A stretch of 55,124 bases of DNA, from the IMG/VR virus record IMGVR_UViG_3300031470_000001, positions 1-55,124 of that record. One strand, 5' to 3'. Below are positions 9,119 to 18,660 of the stretch, piece after piece. How positions within the stretch are numbered: position 1 is the stretch's first letter; every line of letters begins with the position of its first letter. The translations under genes and the position numbers were made by a program. The stretch comes from a virus (lineage: Duplodnaviria > Caudoviricetes). The notes beneath the pieces are model-generated. The model was not told the origin of the DNA, did no database searches, and worked only from the letters and a program-made list of their open reading frames with translations.

Positions 9119-9556
9119 TTACCTCGCCGACGTCAGCGCGAGGTCAAACCACGCGTCGGGCGTGATGCCCATGTCGGCGGCAGCGCGAGCGACCTTGGGG
9201 TCGGTGATGATGACGTGCCCCATGGCCCCGCGGGCCACTAACCGGTTCATGTGGTCTGGCGCGATGGTGGCGCGCTGCGAGGTCGACAGTGCGTCGAGCA
9301 AACTGCTGACCGTGGCGGCGCGGGCCGGCGGCGGTTGCGGCGGGGTCGCTGGAGGCGAAACGGTCTTCCCATCCCATCCGTAGCCGATGACGCCGCCCGA
9401 AATGGCCGCGAAGACCGCTCCGTCCGGAGCCGCGAAGGTCGTGTTTCCACACACCGCAGACTTGCCGTCCGACGCGACCGTGGTCCCATCCGGAACCACC
9501 ATCGCGTCGGCGATCGTGTTGGCTCTGACGACGTGGAGGATCATGGTGCTGGACAT
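9119..9556 (-). CDS. Probable tail fibre assembly/accessory protein
   Basis: Directly follows the fibre gene; IGYGWDGKT motif; start at MSSTMILH. Confidence 0.6.
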   Translation of the reverse strand: MSSTMILHVVRANTIADAMVVPDGTTVASDGKSAVCGNTTFAAPDGAVFAAISGGVIGYGWDGKTVSPPATPPQPPPARAATVSSLLDALSTSQRATIAPDHMNRLVARGAMGHVIITDPKVARAAADMGITPDAWFDLALTSAR

Positions 9557-9560
9557 ATCT

Positions 9561-11168
9561 TCAGTACCCGAATTCGGTGATGATGAGTTTGCCGCCTGAT
9601 CCAGCGCCACCGAACAGCGTGCCGCCGCTGGCGTTGACGATGACGGTTCCACCGCCGGCACCGAACCCGGTCGCGGGCGCCGCCGTCGAATTGATGAACA
9701 CGACGTAGCCGCCGGTCCCGAGCAGGCTGGTGCCGCCAGCCCCGGACGCTCCGACGTTGCTCGTATAGGCGGTCGAGACCGAGGAAACGCCGCCGGGCGT
9801 CTGCGTGATGTTGGCACCCGTCCCCGCCGCCGAGGTCGCGCCGTTGCCGTTGACGGTCGGCGCGGTCTGGTTGGTCAGCGTGTTGCCGCCGATGCCGCCG
9901 GGGAGGCCCAACAGCGAGCCGAAATAGGTCTGGCCGCCGTTCCCGCCGATACCGCCCGACACCGGGGCACCGCCCGCACCGATGATGACGGACTGAGACG
10001 TCCCGATCTGCGCCGCCGTGTAGAAGGCTCGGCCGTAGCAGCCCGCCGTGCCGGGTGCGCCGAGACTTACATAGGTCGACGTGGCGCCGCCCGCACCACC
10101 GCCCGCAGCACCGCCGCCGACACCCTCGACCACGATGTATGTCATGCCGGGCGACGGGGTGTAGGGGCCGGAAACGATGAAGGTCTGAACAGCGATCAGC
10201 CGGCCGGCGTGTGGGGCAATGTCGCTCGCCACCAGCCCGTTGATGACCCAGGCGGTCTTCGATCCGTTGAGGATCAGCGGCATGAAACCGGCGAGATCGC
10301 CGATCGCCGGAGCGCCGCCGCCCTGTTTCAAGATCGGCAGGACGCCGAAGCTGCCGACATTGAGCGTCGGTGCTGCGGCAGTGTTGCCTGTACCGAAGAA
10401 GCCCAGCACCTCCATATTGGCGGTGAGGGTGGCCGGCGCCGGGGAGAGCGTGCCCGTGTAGGCGTTGAGGCCGGAGACGGAGAGGTATTCCCACTGCCCG
10501 GACTGGACGCCGTTCGGCACGCCGGGCAGCGTGACCGGGATAAAGGGTGCGCCCGCGTAGAGGGTGATATTGCCGGCCGTGATTGAGGTCGCGCCCTGCG
10601 CCAGGGTCACGACGTAAATGCCAGCCCATCCGGCATCGGGTGCCGGGCTCGTTTGGGTCCCGGCCGTCGCGGCGACGCCCGCCTTGATCTGGTACGCGAC
10701 CGCGCCGCGCCGCACGGTGTTCTGTGCCGTTCCCGCGCCACCCGGCCCGGAGAACCCCACCTGCGGGTTCGCGGCGTTGTAATAGGGCAGTACCGTCGCG
10801 CCCGCGTCGGCGTCCTGGTACTGCACTTCCACGAGGAAGTTCTGAGCGTAGCCAGCGGCAGCGGGTGGGGTAAAGGTAAGGGTTTGCGCGTCGAGCAGGA
10901 TGCCCTGCTTGACGACCGTGTGGCCGTCCGCCGGTAGGGTCGAGAATGGCGTCGCTTCAAGTTGCGCCTGCTGAAACACGACGCCCGGCCCCAGCACGGC
11001 CGAGAGCGACGCCGGAGCCGTGGGGGCCAGCGTGAAGCCCGCCACCGCCTGAACCGTGCCGAGCACCGCTTCGGACAGCTTGGCCAAGCCCACCATCGCG
11101 TATTGCGAGAGCCGGAGGTTGTCGGTCTCCAGCGGGTTTTGGCCGGCGTATACCAGGGGACGATCCAT
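9561..11168 (-). CDS. Tail fibre protein with Gly-rich C-terminal domain
   Basis: Start MDRPLVY; follows baseplate genes; YTPSPG...VEGVGGGAAGGG Gly-rich domain. Confidence 0.82.
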   Translation of the reverse strand: MDRPLVYAGQNPLETDNLRLSQYAMVGLAKLSEAVLGTVQAVAGFTLAPTAPASLSAVLGPGVVFQQAQLEATPFSTLPADGHTVVKQGILLDAQTLTFTPPAAAGYAQNFLVEVQYQDADAGATVLPYYNAANPQVGFSGPGGAGTAQNTVRRGAVAYQIKAGVAATAGTQTSPAPDAGWAGIYVVTLAQGATSITAGNITLYAGAPFIPVTLPGVPNGVQSGQWEYLSVSGLNAYTGTLSPAPATLTANMEVLGFFGTGNTAAAPTLNVGSFGVLPILKQGGGAPAIGDLAGFMPLILNGSKTAWVINGLVASDIAPHAGRLIAVQTFIVSGPYTPSPGMTYIVVEGVGGGAAGGGAGGATSTYVSLGAPGTAGCYGRAFYTAAQIGTSQSVIIGAGGAPVSGGIGGNGGQTYFGSLLGLPGGIGGNTLTNQTAPTVNGNGATSAAGTGANITQTPGGVSSVSTAYTSNVGASGAGGTSLLGTGGYVVFINSTAAPATGFGAGGGTVIVNASGGTLFGGAGSGGKLIITEFGY

Positions 11169-11235
11169 GGAGCCTCGTGCATGGGTTTGCGTCCCGGCGG
11201 TGAGCCAGGGCGGGCGTTTCAGGAAAAGGGGATCG

Positions 11236-12015
11236 TCAGTTCTGGATCGCGGCCCAGGCCGTGATGCCGGCCCCGACCGTGCGCTTGACGCAGGCGTAGA
11301 TATCGGCATCGGCCACGGCCGAACCGACCTGGCTCATGTCGGCGTATTCGATGGCGCCCACGCCATAGCCGGCGTTCATCGTGCCGTAACCGCCGATCAG
11401 CGGAATGCCGGCCGTCATCGGACGGAACGCCGTGATGAAGACCTGATAGGGATAGGCGAGCGATCCGTAGCGCCCCGCGCCGGGAAAGACGGTGATACCG
11501 GTCGGCGCGATGCTGTAGCCTTCGTAGCCTTGGCCCGAGCCGTAACCACCTTGTCCCGACCCGTAGCCACCCGACCATGCCGCATTTGGCACACCGCCGC
11601 CATAAGCCGTTGAGGTGACACCGTAGCCGCCGACGTCGCCCGTGTTCCACATCTCCAAGATGACGGGATGCCTCCCGGTAAGGTCGAACAGCGCCTTGTC
11701 GATAGCCGGACGGGTAACGCGAGGCCGGAAGATCTCATCGGTGTAGCGCTTGCGCCAAGCATCGTCGGACTCGTTCGGATAGCGCAGGAAAGCCGTGCCG
11801 AAGAACCCGTAGGGGTCGATGTCGAGCAGCCATCCGGTTGTGCCGGCGCGGCGCGTACCGGCCCGTACGACCTGGCCTTGCGCCCGAACCCACACCATCG
11901 CGTCCGCAACGCCACCGAGGACGATGTCCCGGATCGGCGCGACGTCGCCGAACCATCCATGGGGGACGAGGCTGCGGAGACGCCGGAGCATCTCGGTGCT
12001 GTCGATGACGGCCAC
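11236..12015 (-). CDS. Baseplate wedge subunit (P2 gpI/Mu gp48-like)
   Basis: Follows baseplate J; GWLLDI..GFFG...R.PNESDDAWR motif. Confidence 0.72.
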   Translation of the reverse strand: MAVIDSTEMLRRLRSLVPHGWFGDVAPIRDIVLGGVADAMVWVRAQGQVVRAGTRRAGTTGWLLDIDPYGFFGTAFLRYPNESDDAWRKRYTDEIFRPRVTRPAIDKALFDLTGRHPVILEMWNTGDVGGYGVTSTAYGGGVPNAAWSGGYGSGQGGYGSGQGYEGYSIAPTGITVFPGAGRYGSLAYPYQVFITAFRPMTAGIPLIGGYGTMNAGYGVGAIEYADMSQVGSAVADADIYACVKRTVGAGITAWAAIQN

Positions 12016-12016
12016 G

Positions 12017-13219
12017 TCAGGAAATCACAAGGTTCACGGATTTTGGGGTGTTCTGCGGTGTCCCGACGATATCGGCCGTGCCGCCGTTCAGCGTGTAGGA
12101 AGATGGGATGACTTCACCGAGACCGGTGACGCGCTGCGCTACGGCCGCAAGAGTGAAATAGCCGACCGTCGCACCTTGCCCGAGCCCGTTGATGTAGAGC
12201 CCGAGCGCCGCCGCCGCTGCGGCAACCACGTTCTGATGGATGTAGCCGGGGAGGCTGGTAACCTGCATGACGACGTTGATGGGCAGGGTTACGGACGCAT
12301 AGACGCCCGTCCTGATGCCGGCTGCCCGAACGCCACTAGTATCGCTCGAAATGACCGACTGTGCCGCAACCAGCAATGCGGAGGAGATCGCCCCCGATCC
12401 ATCGTCCACGATGACGGAGACCATCCCGAGGTTCGTGGTGCCGTCGAGGTTCTGGCCCTGCAGCACCGTGGCCGTCATGCCGACCTTGAGATTGGCGATG
12501 GCGGACAGGTAAGCCGGGACCGTGCCGCCGCCGCGTCCCTGAACCGCGAGGCCGAACCGATATTTCACGCTGGCGTCGGACTCGACGTCGATCCCGTTGG
12601 CGAAGGCGGCCGGGTTGACGACCGTGTCGACACCGAAGGTCTGGGACGCGATATTGGTGATCGCGCCAGCCGCGACATTGCCGTTCGCCCCTGGTGCTCC
12701 CGTCGTGCCGTTAGTGATGCTGCGGACTGGCGCAATGACGCTGGCGACCTGTGCCGGCATGGCATAGCCGCCGGTCGCCACAAGCGATCCCGGCGCCGTG
12801 TAGGACGCCACATAGGCGCCGTTCGCCGGATCGGCATAAACCTGGAACCGCTGCGATCCATCGGCCGTCTGCACAGTCGCCCCCACCGGGACATAGACGG
12901 TTGCGCCCGAAGCCGTGTAGCGAGAGAAGGTGCAAAGCCCCGTCGCGGGTTGCGCGGCGAGGCGGGTGACGCCGGACAGCGGAAAATCCGCCACGAAGCT
13001 GTCGACGTCGCCCCCGTAGGACGTCGCCAACCGGGTCAGTTTGGCGGTATCAAGGTTTTCCTTCTGCAGCCATAGCGCGACGCCGGCAACGGCTTCCGCC
13101 AAGCCGCGCAGCATCGAGCCGATCGCGAAATTCAGGAACCGGGACGTGATCCGTCCCTGCATCCCGGCCGCGATGGAACCGACGATCTGCGAAAAGCCGC
13201 GTGTTTGGAGCGTGCTCAT
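12017..13219 (-). CDS. Baseplate J/gp47 family protein
   Basis: GSMLRGLAEAVA, GANGNVAAGAIT, NGIDVESDAS.KYR motifs. Confidence 0.9.
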   Translation of the reverse strand: MSTLQTRGFSQIVGSIAAGMQGRITSRFLNFAIGSMLRGLAEAVAGVALWLQKENLDTAKLTRLATSYGGDVDSFVADFPLSGVTRLAAQPATGLCTFSRYTASGATVYVPVGATVQTADGSQRFQVYADPANGAYVASYTAPGSLVATGGYAMPAQVASVIAPVRSITNGTTGAPGANGNVAAGAITNIASQTFGVDTVVNPAAFANGIDVESDASVKYRFGLAVQGRGGGTVPAYLSAIANLKVGMTATVLQGQNLDGTTNLGMVSVIVDDGSGAISSALLVAAQSVISSDTSGVRAAGIRTGVYASVTLPINVVMQVTSLPGYIHQNVVAAAAAALGLYINGLGQGATVGYFTLAAVAQRVTGLGEVIPSSYTLNGGTADIVGTPQNTPKSVNLVIS

Positions 13220-13602
13220 CGGCTGGTCGGGACTTCGAGGGCGATTGAGGCCGTCGTGTTCGACACGGCATTGATATAGTCGATGCGAATCGAACAGAGG
13301 CCGGCGGCATCGGCTTTGAACTGGACCGTGATGACCGGTGCCGGGATGCGGGCCACCGTGGCTTCAAGATAGATTTGCTGGCGCACGATGGCCTTGATGC
13401 CGCGTTCGAGGGCAGTGAGGCCGATGCGTTGCGGCAGACCGGCCCCATAGTCCTGGTGAAAAGTATATCCAGACACAGCCGTGAGTAGACGCCGCTCAAT
13501 ATGATCGTTATCGAGAGTGATGCCATCGACGGTGAGCAAATCACCATCTGGTGTAAGGTCAAAATCTCCTTGCCACTGACACGATAAATCTGGCATGTTC
13601 AT
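13216..13602 (-). CDS. Baseplate wedge/sheath initiator (gpW/gp25-like)
   Basis: GDL...RRLLT...FHQDYGAGL motif; upstream of J. Confidence 0.8.
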   Translation of the reverse strand: MNMPDLSCQWQGDFDLTPDGDLLTVDGITLDNDHIERRLLTAVSGYTFHQDYGAGLPQRIGLTALERGIKAIVRQQIYLEATVARIPAPVITVQFKADAAGLCSIRIDYINAVSNTTASIALEVPTSR

Positions 13603-13648
13603 CCTGATTACGGTATGATCAGTCTGAAAGACTGTAGGGAGAGACTTT

Positions 13649-14278
13649 ATGAAGAACCCACGTATTCGTGACTTAACGAATCAGAGCTTTGGTCGTTGGA
13701 CCGTTGAAGGTCCGGCGGAAAACAGCCGTCCCTTTAAGTGGACCGTCAGATGCCAGTGTGGCTCAAAAAGTGAGATAACGGGCGACAACCTTACCTTGGG
13801 TAAGTCAAAGTCATGCGGATGTTTGTCTGTTGAAATGCTGAAAGCAAGAGCAACACATGGTCACTCTAGACGGGGGGTAAGATCAAGGACTTTCAATGTA
13901 TGGAGAGCGATGCTTCAACGATGCAAAAATCAGAATTGCGCAGCTTATAAAGATTATGGTGGAAGGGGTATTAAGGTTTGCGAAGAGTGGTTAGACTTCT
14001 CCAACTTTTTACATGATATGGGTGAAGCGCCTGGAAATTTACAAATAGACCGGCAGGATAACGATTTAGGATATTTCAAGGGAAACTGCCGCTGGGTTAC
14101 GCCACAACAAAACTCCATGAACAGAAGATCAAACCGTAAATACGAGTTTCAAGGATCCCTACTGACCATTACGGAGGTCAGCGTTCTGACAGGTATTCTG
14201 GTAGGAACTTTGGAGTCGAGAATCAGATACGGATGGACCTTAGAGGCGGCGTTTTCGACCTCGGTCAGATCACGTTGA
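13649..14278 (+). CDS. Free-standing HNH homing endonuclease, antisense insertion
   Basis: FGRWTV, CQCG, KSCGC, YGGRGIKVCEEW, IDRQDNDLGY.KGNCRW; low GC. Confidence 0.9.
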   Translation: MKNPRIRDLTNQSFGRWTVEGPAENSRPFKWTVRCQCGSKSEITGDNLTLGKSKSCGCLSVEMLKARATHGHSRRGVRSRTFNVWRAMLQRCKNQNCAAYKDYGGRGIKVCEEWLDFSNFLHDMGEAPGNLQIDRQDNDLGYFKGNCRWVTPQQNSMNRRSNRKYEFQGSLLTITEVSVLTGILVGTLESRIRYGWTLEAAFSTSVRSR

Positions 14279-14281
14279 CGA

Positions 14282-14512
14282 TCATGAAAGAGGTAACCCG
14301 TCGTTTACAGCTTGTCCCTTGGCGGGGATCAACAACTTCACACCCGCGCTCACTCGGAAATCGGATAGCCCATTCAGATCGGCAATCTGCCACCAGGCAA
14401 GTGCATCCCCGAGTTCGCGAGCGGCGTAGCGGAACAGCGTAGTGATGCCGTCCGTCTCGACGATCTTGGCCGGCAGGCCGGAGCCGATGTAGGGGGTGGA
14501 AGGATCGGCCAT
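14282..14512 (-). CDS. Tail X/LysM-like baseplate protein
   Basis: TLFRYAARELGDALAWWQIADLNGLSD...LLIP. Confidence 0.8.
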   Translation of the reverse strand: MADPSTPYIGSGLPAKIVETDGITTLFRYAARELGDALAWWQIADLNGLSDFRVSAGVKLLIPAKGQAVNDGLPLS

Positions 14513-14515
14513 CGA

Positions 14516-15529
14516 TCAGCCCATAAAGTTTTGCAGCACCGCAAGTTGCGGTTTCTCGGCAGTGCTTGGCTCAACGCCGAAGGCGTAGTCGCCCCACCAT
14601 TGCCCTGCAGCCCAGACACCATAGGCAGCCCACACGTCGCTGTTGTCCGTCATGAACTGCAGCATCGCGGTCGCCTCGACCTGTCCGGCCGGCATAGCGA
14701 AGCCGAACTCTCCGAGGAACAGCCGGAAGCCTTTGGTTCGCGCCCATGCGGTGACGTCGGCCAGCACCGTCGCGCCCTTGCCGGCAGCATATTCCTGCAG
14801 GTGCGATCCCGAGTTGTCGCCGTCGAGGTATTGGTGGACCTCGATCATAAAGTTGGGATCGGTGAAGCCGGCGAACGCCGCGGCGTTGCCTCCCGTGACG
14901 AAGTCGTGCGCACCGTTCCAGCCAGCACCCGGCGCCATGATGGTCTGTTTTGCCCCGGTGACCCGGATTCCGTGGACGCACTTGCGCAGCGTCACCTGCC
15001 AGTCGACCGGCGACCAGGCCGAGGGCTCGTTCATGATGCCGAACATGACGTTGGGGGCGTTGCAGTAGCGTGTCGCCATGCGCCACCAGAAGTTCGGGGC
15101 GTCCTCGACGTCCATCTTAGCCCCGGCGCGCTGCCCGTAGTTATGAGCGTCGAGCACCACCGTCAGCCCCACACCTGCCGCGGTGGCGACAATGCGATCC
15201 AGCGCCGCGATATCGGGGGCGGAGAACTCGCCATGGTTGTGAGGCTGAACCCGCTCGATCAGGAACGGGATGCGGATGAGCTTGATGCCCTTCGCGGCCC
15301 AGGGCGTGATCACCCAATCGTCGGGATAGAGGTAAGTCTGTCCCATCGTGCCGGGCAGTTTGTCCGACGCGAATTCGGCACTGGCGATGTTGACGCCCGG
15401 CAGGGCAATAGGAGTGCGCTTCTTCGGTGCCACAGGCGGGGCCGGCGCTGGAGCCATGATGGCAGCGAGTCGCTGATGCAGCCTAGCGATCTCGGTAGTG
15501 AGAAATTCAGTTTCGGTTTGGATAGGCAT
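14516..15529 (-). CDS. Glycoside hydrolase family 5 (cellulase/endoglucanase-like)
   Basis: GVNIASAEF, IRIPF..ER, LDAHNY, catalytic NEP, EVHQYLD, FLGEFG nucleophile, WAAG; no signal peptide. Confidence 0.92.
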   Translation of the reverse strand: MPIQTETEFLTTEIARLHQRLAAIMAPAPAPPVAPKKRTPIALPGVNIASAEFASDKLPGTMGQTYLYPDDWVITPWAAKGIKLIRIPFLIERVQPHNHGEFSAPDIAALDRIVATAAGVGLTVVLDAHNYGQRAGAKMDVEDAPNFWWRMATRYCNAPNVMFGIMNEPSAWSPVDWQVTLRKCVHGIRVTGAKQTIMAPGAGWNGAHDFVTGGNAAAFAGFTDPNFMIEVHQYLDGDNSGSHLQEYAAGKGATVLADVTAWARTKGFRLFLGEFGFAMPAGQVEATAMLQFMTDNSDVWAAYGVWAAGQWWGDYAFGVEPSTAEKPQLAVLQNFMG

Positions 15530-15538
15530 GATAATCCT

Positions 15539-17644
15539 TTACGGTGCCACGGTCTTGTAGGGATGACCGGTCGGCAGCAGCGATCCGTCGCCTGTCGCGG
15601 ACCACGCCATTTTGCCCTCGACGTACTGGCGGTTAGCCACGGTGGGAGAACCGTTCAGCACGGTTAACCCAGCGTAGTCGCCGAAGATCTCGCTGACATC
15701 GGGGGAGACCGCTCGGCTGATGCCGAGCACGGGGGCTGAGCCGACAGTACTCATGGCAATTGACGAGCCGACCACGACGCCGTTTACCCAGAGCTGTATC
15801 TGGCCCGCCGTGCAGATGGCGGCGATCAGCATGGGGGTGTCGTGCGTCAGGGGGGCAGTCCCTCCTAGCACGGTTGTAGAGATAGTAAACGTGGCTCGAT
15901 TGGTAGTGGGTACCTCAATAAAGAACCCTCCCGCCTGGTAATCGAGATTACCGCCGCTGGCGAAGGATATGATGCGGCCGTTGTCGTTGCGGTCGTTGTT
16001 GACGCTGGCGGTGAGGAACACCGCGAAATCCTGCTTGCCGGCCAGCTCCGGGATGTTGCCGAACAGCCGAGCATAAGCACCCGCGGTGGCGTTGCCCCCA
16101 GGCACCGTGTCCCCGTTGACCGACCGGATCGCCGGGCGGGCCGCGCCGAAGGTGGACGCCGTAACGAAGATGGGACCCTGTGTGCCGTCCGGCGCGAGCG
16201 CATTCGTGGAACCTGCGGTGTCGGCAACGGACGTGATGCGACCAGTTCCCACCGGGTTCGGCAGCATCCGGGCAGAGGTGGTGAAGTCGAAGTCGCGGAG
16301 GATGCCGGGAACCGTCTCTAGGCTGGTAGGAGCTGTTACCACCTTGGTGGTAATGGCGACCGGCGTCGAGGCCGGGCTTGTGAGGCCGTAGCGTGAGGCC
16401 TTAAAGGTGAGCGAATAGGCGGTTCCTGGGGTGAGCGTCGTGATACCGCCGGCCGGCAACGGATTATAGGTCGTCCCGTCCGTCGCATAGGTGAGCGTCA
16501 CGAAGAATTGTGGATCAATCGCAACTTTGACGAGCCCCTGCTGCGCCTCCGTCACCTGGACCGGGCCACCATGATAGGTGGGCGCGGCCGGTGCGGTCGG
16601 ACCCTGATCGTAAGCGTCGAGCAGGGTGTTGTGGTAGTCGGCTAGGGGTTGAGTAGCAACCAAGGGCTTCAGGCATTGCCAGTTGCCGCCCGCCGCCTTG
16701 GTGAACGTAAATGTCGAGTTCGTGGTGCTGAACGCCATGTTGCCGGGGATCAGGCTGAAGTTGCCGTTCAATCCGGCCGCGAGCGCCACTGCCATAGGGT
16801 CCCAGCCGGCGCGCGTGCGGCGCGTCGCGGTATCGACAATCGAAGGGCTGTTGTTCGTCTGAAAAAAGTCATGAGCCTTCTTCAGTGGGTTCGATGCCGA
16901 AGCCGATGAAAGCAGTGGCCCGAAGAAGGTATTCTGCCCGAGGTTAGTGTCCACGACCCAAACCGGCATGTTCATGGCGTTCCATGAATTGACGACGGAA
17001 AGAGAGTCGGCGTTCACGAAGCCGTAGTTGAAGTCGTTGGCGCCAGTAAACACCGTAGCTGTGGAATTCGGGTCGAAACCGCCGAGCGCAACCGTCGTGA
17101 CGCGCAGCACTTTGGCCTGAAACAGCGCCGTTCCGGTGCGTGGATCGATGCTGTCGGCGGGGGATTGCAACAGGTCGTAGATATCCGGCACCGGGCCGAT
17201 GCAGGCCACGATGACAGATTGGTCCGGGGCTGCGGCGAGCGCCGTCCGCATCGTCGGCACAGGATCAGGATAGCTCGCCCTTCCCGTCGTGTAGCCGTAG
17301 AACGACGCCAGCCCCGCGTCCATGTAGTCCGACTGAGCGACATCGCTTGCCTTGCGGGATGCCACCGGGATCGATGTCAGGCCGGCATAGTCGAGCAGGA
17401 TGCGATCGGCGGACGGGGCGGTATCGGTCGAGGGCGACGTGATGATCGCGACGAGGATGATCTTGCCCTGCTTGTGCAGCACGGTGCCGATAGCTGCAGC
17501 CGTGGCATCGTCGACGTCCTGGCCAGGATCGGTCGAGATGATGACGCGGGGAACAACGGACGGTGCAACGGCAAGAAGCCCATGCCGCAGTCCAGGCATG
17601 CTGAACTTACCCGTCCCGTTGGGGTCGAACCACATCGGCGACAT
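15539..17644 (-). CDS. Nucleoside-hydrolase-fold domain fused to a linker and a C-terminal LamG/ConA-like domain
   Basis: RVIISTDPGQDVDD, CIGP, WDPMAV; C-terminal beta-sandwich (IQLWVNG...RQYVEGKMAW...LPTGHPYK). Confidence 0.75.
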   Translation of the reverse strand: MSPMWFDPNGTGKFSMPGLRHGLLAVAPSVVPRVIISTDPGQDVDDATAAAIGTVLHKQGKIILVAIITSPSTDTAPSADRILLDYAGLTSIPVASRKASDVAQSDYMDAGLASFYGYTTGRASYPDPVPTMRTALAAAPDQSVIVACIGPVPDIYDLLQSPADSIDPRTGTALFQAKVLRVTTVALGGFDPNSTATVFTGANDFNYGFVNADSLSVVNSWNAMNMPVWVVDTNLGQNTFFGPLLSSASASNPLKKAHDFFQTNNSPSIVDTATRRTRAGWDPMAVALAAGLNGNFSLIPGNMAFSTTNSTFTFTKAAGGNWQCLKPLVATQPLADYHNTLLDAYDQGPTAPAAPTYHGGPVQVTEAQQGLVKVAIDPQFFVTLTYATDGTTYNPLPAGGITTLTPGTAYSLTFKASRYGLTSPASTPVAITTKVVTAPTSLETVPGILRDFDFTTSARMLPNPVGTGRITSVADTAGSTNALAPDGTQGPIFVTASTFGAARPAIRSVNGDTVPGGNATAGAYARLFGNIPELAGKQDFAVFLTASVNNDRNDNGRIISFASGGNLDYQAGGFFIEVPTTNRATFTISTTVLGGTAPLTHDTPMLIAAICTAGQIQLWVNGVVVGSSIAMSTVGSAPVLGISRAVSPDVSEIFGDYAGLTVLNGSPTVANRQYVEGKMAWSATGDGSLLPTGHPYKTVAP

Positions 17645-17646
17645 GG

Positions 17647-18648
17647 TCAGAATTCTCGGGCGTAATAGGCTTGTCCAGTCGTCGCTCCGATGATGCTGAC
17701 GGCGCCGGGTCCGACATGGGTGGACGTCGTCTCATAGAGGGAACCGGCCGGGATCTTGAGGCTGTGATAATCGATCGTCGCCGTCGTCATCGCGTTGATG
17801 TAGATGTCGCCCGTCGATTGGTTCTGCACCGAATAGCCGCGCCGCGCCGCATTGGCGGCCATGAGCTGTTGCGCAGTGCCGCCTGCCGTGATGGTGCCGC
17901 CACGGTCGGTCGCCGTGGCTTTGATGACAGTGTCGGTCGGGCCGCTGTTGGGGCTGATCGCCACCACGAGCGCAGTGTCGATTGCAACTGGCGCCGTTGA
18001 CGCCGACTTGATGGCAACCGCGTTCGTGCCGTCGCTTAGCTTGGTCAGCCAGGGCGTCGTATTCGCGGTGTTGCCGGGTTGGACGGTCCAGGTGCCCGAT
18101 TGGGTGACACCCCCGATGACATTCGAACCGGTCGCCAGCGCACCGGAAATTACCGTCCTCAGGTTCCCGGACAGATCGAGCGATAGAGGGTTAGAGCCGG
18201 CCGTGTAGGTCGGAGCAGCGTTTGAGGCAGTACCGCTCGTGGTCGCCGTGATCGACCCAGAGACGACTGTTCTCAGGTTGCCAGCCAGATCGACCGAAAG
18301 AGGCTGCGAGCCCGCCGAATATGTCGGCGGGGCCGCGGACGCCGTGGCACTTGTCGTTGCCGTAATCGAACCCGAGATGGGGACGGGCGTGCCGCCTGCG
18401 ACACCCTGCATGGACAACACGTCAGCTGAGGAAGCGCCCGCAGTGCCGAGCGCCGGCTGCTTGGCGGCGGTTGCCGCCGCGCCCAACGTGCCAAAGTTGG
18501 CCGTGACGGTCCCAGAAACCGGAACCGCGGATTGATCGCTAGCGATGACGACAGGTAGTGAAGACGCTCCTAAAGCCTGCCCTCCGGGCGGCAACGTGTT
18601 GACGGTTGTACCGATGCCGGACGTAACGGTAAGTGTCGGAAGGGCCAT
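17647..18648 (-). CDS. Ala/Thr/Gly-rich virion structural protein with an internal tandem repeat
   Basis: SLPVVIASDQ motif; two 38-aa repeats; C-terminal RRGYSVQN domain. Confidence 0.7.
   Translation of the reverse strand: MALPTLTVTSGIGTTVNTLPPGGQALGASSLPVVIASDQSAVPVSGTVTANFGTLGAAATAAKQPALGTAGASSADVLSMQGVAGGTPVPISGSITATTSATASAAPPTYSAGSQPLSVDLAGNLRTVVSGSITATTSGTASNAAPTYTAGSNPLSLDLSGNLRTVISGALATGSNVIGGVTQSGTWTVQPGNTANTTPWLTKLSDGTNAVAIKSASTAPVAIDTALVVAISPNSGPTDTVIKATATDRGGTITAGGTAQQLMAANAARRGYSVQNQSTGDIYINAMTTATIDYHSLKIPAGSLYETTSTHVGPGAVSIIGATTGQAYYAREF
18148..18375 (-). repeat. Two tandem 114-bp (38-aa) repeats
   Basis: SGSITATTSATASAAPPTYSAGSQPLSVDLAGNLRTVV / SGSITATTSGTASNAAPTYTAGSNPLSLDLSGNLRTVI. 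Confidence 0.85.
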
Positions 18649-18660
18649 GGTGGAGTGTCC

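Noticed and set aside
6682-11168. Diversity-generating retroelement or invertible fibre cassette
   Set aside because: No reverse transcriptase, invertase or template/variable repeat pair detected by eye
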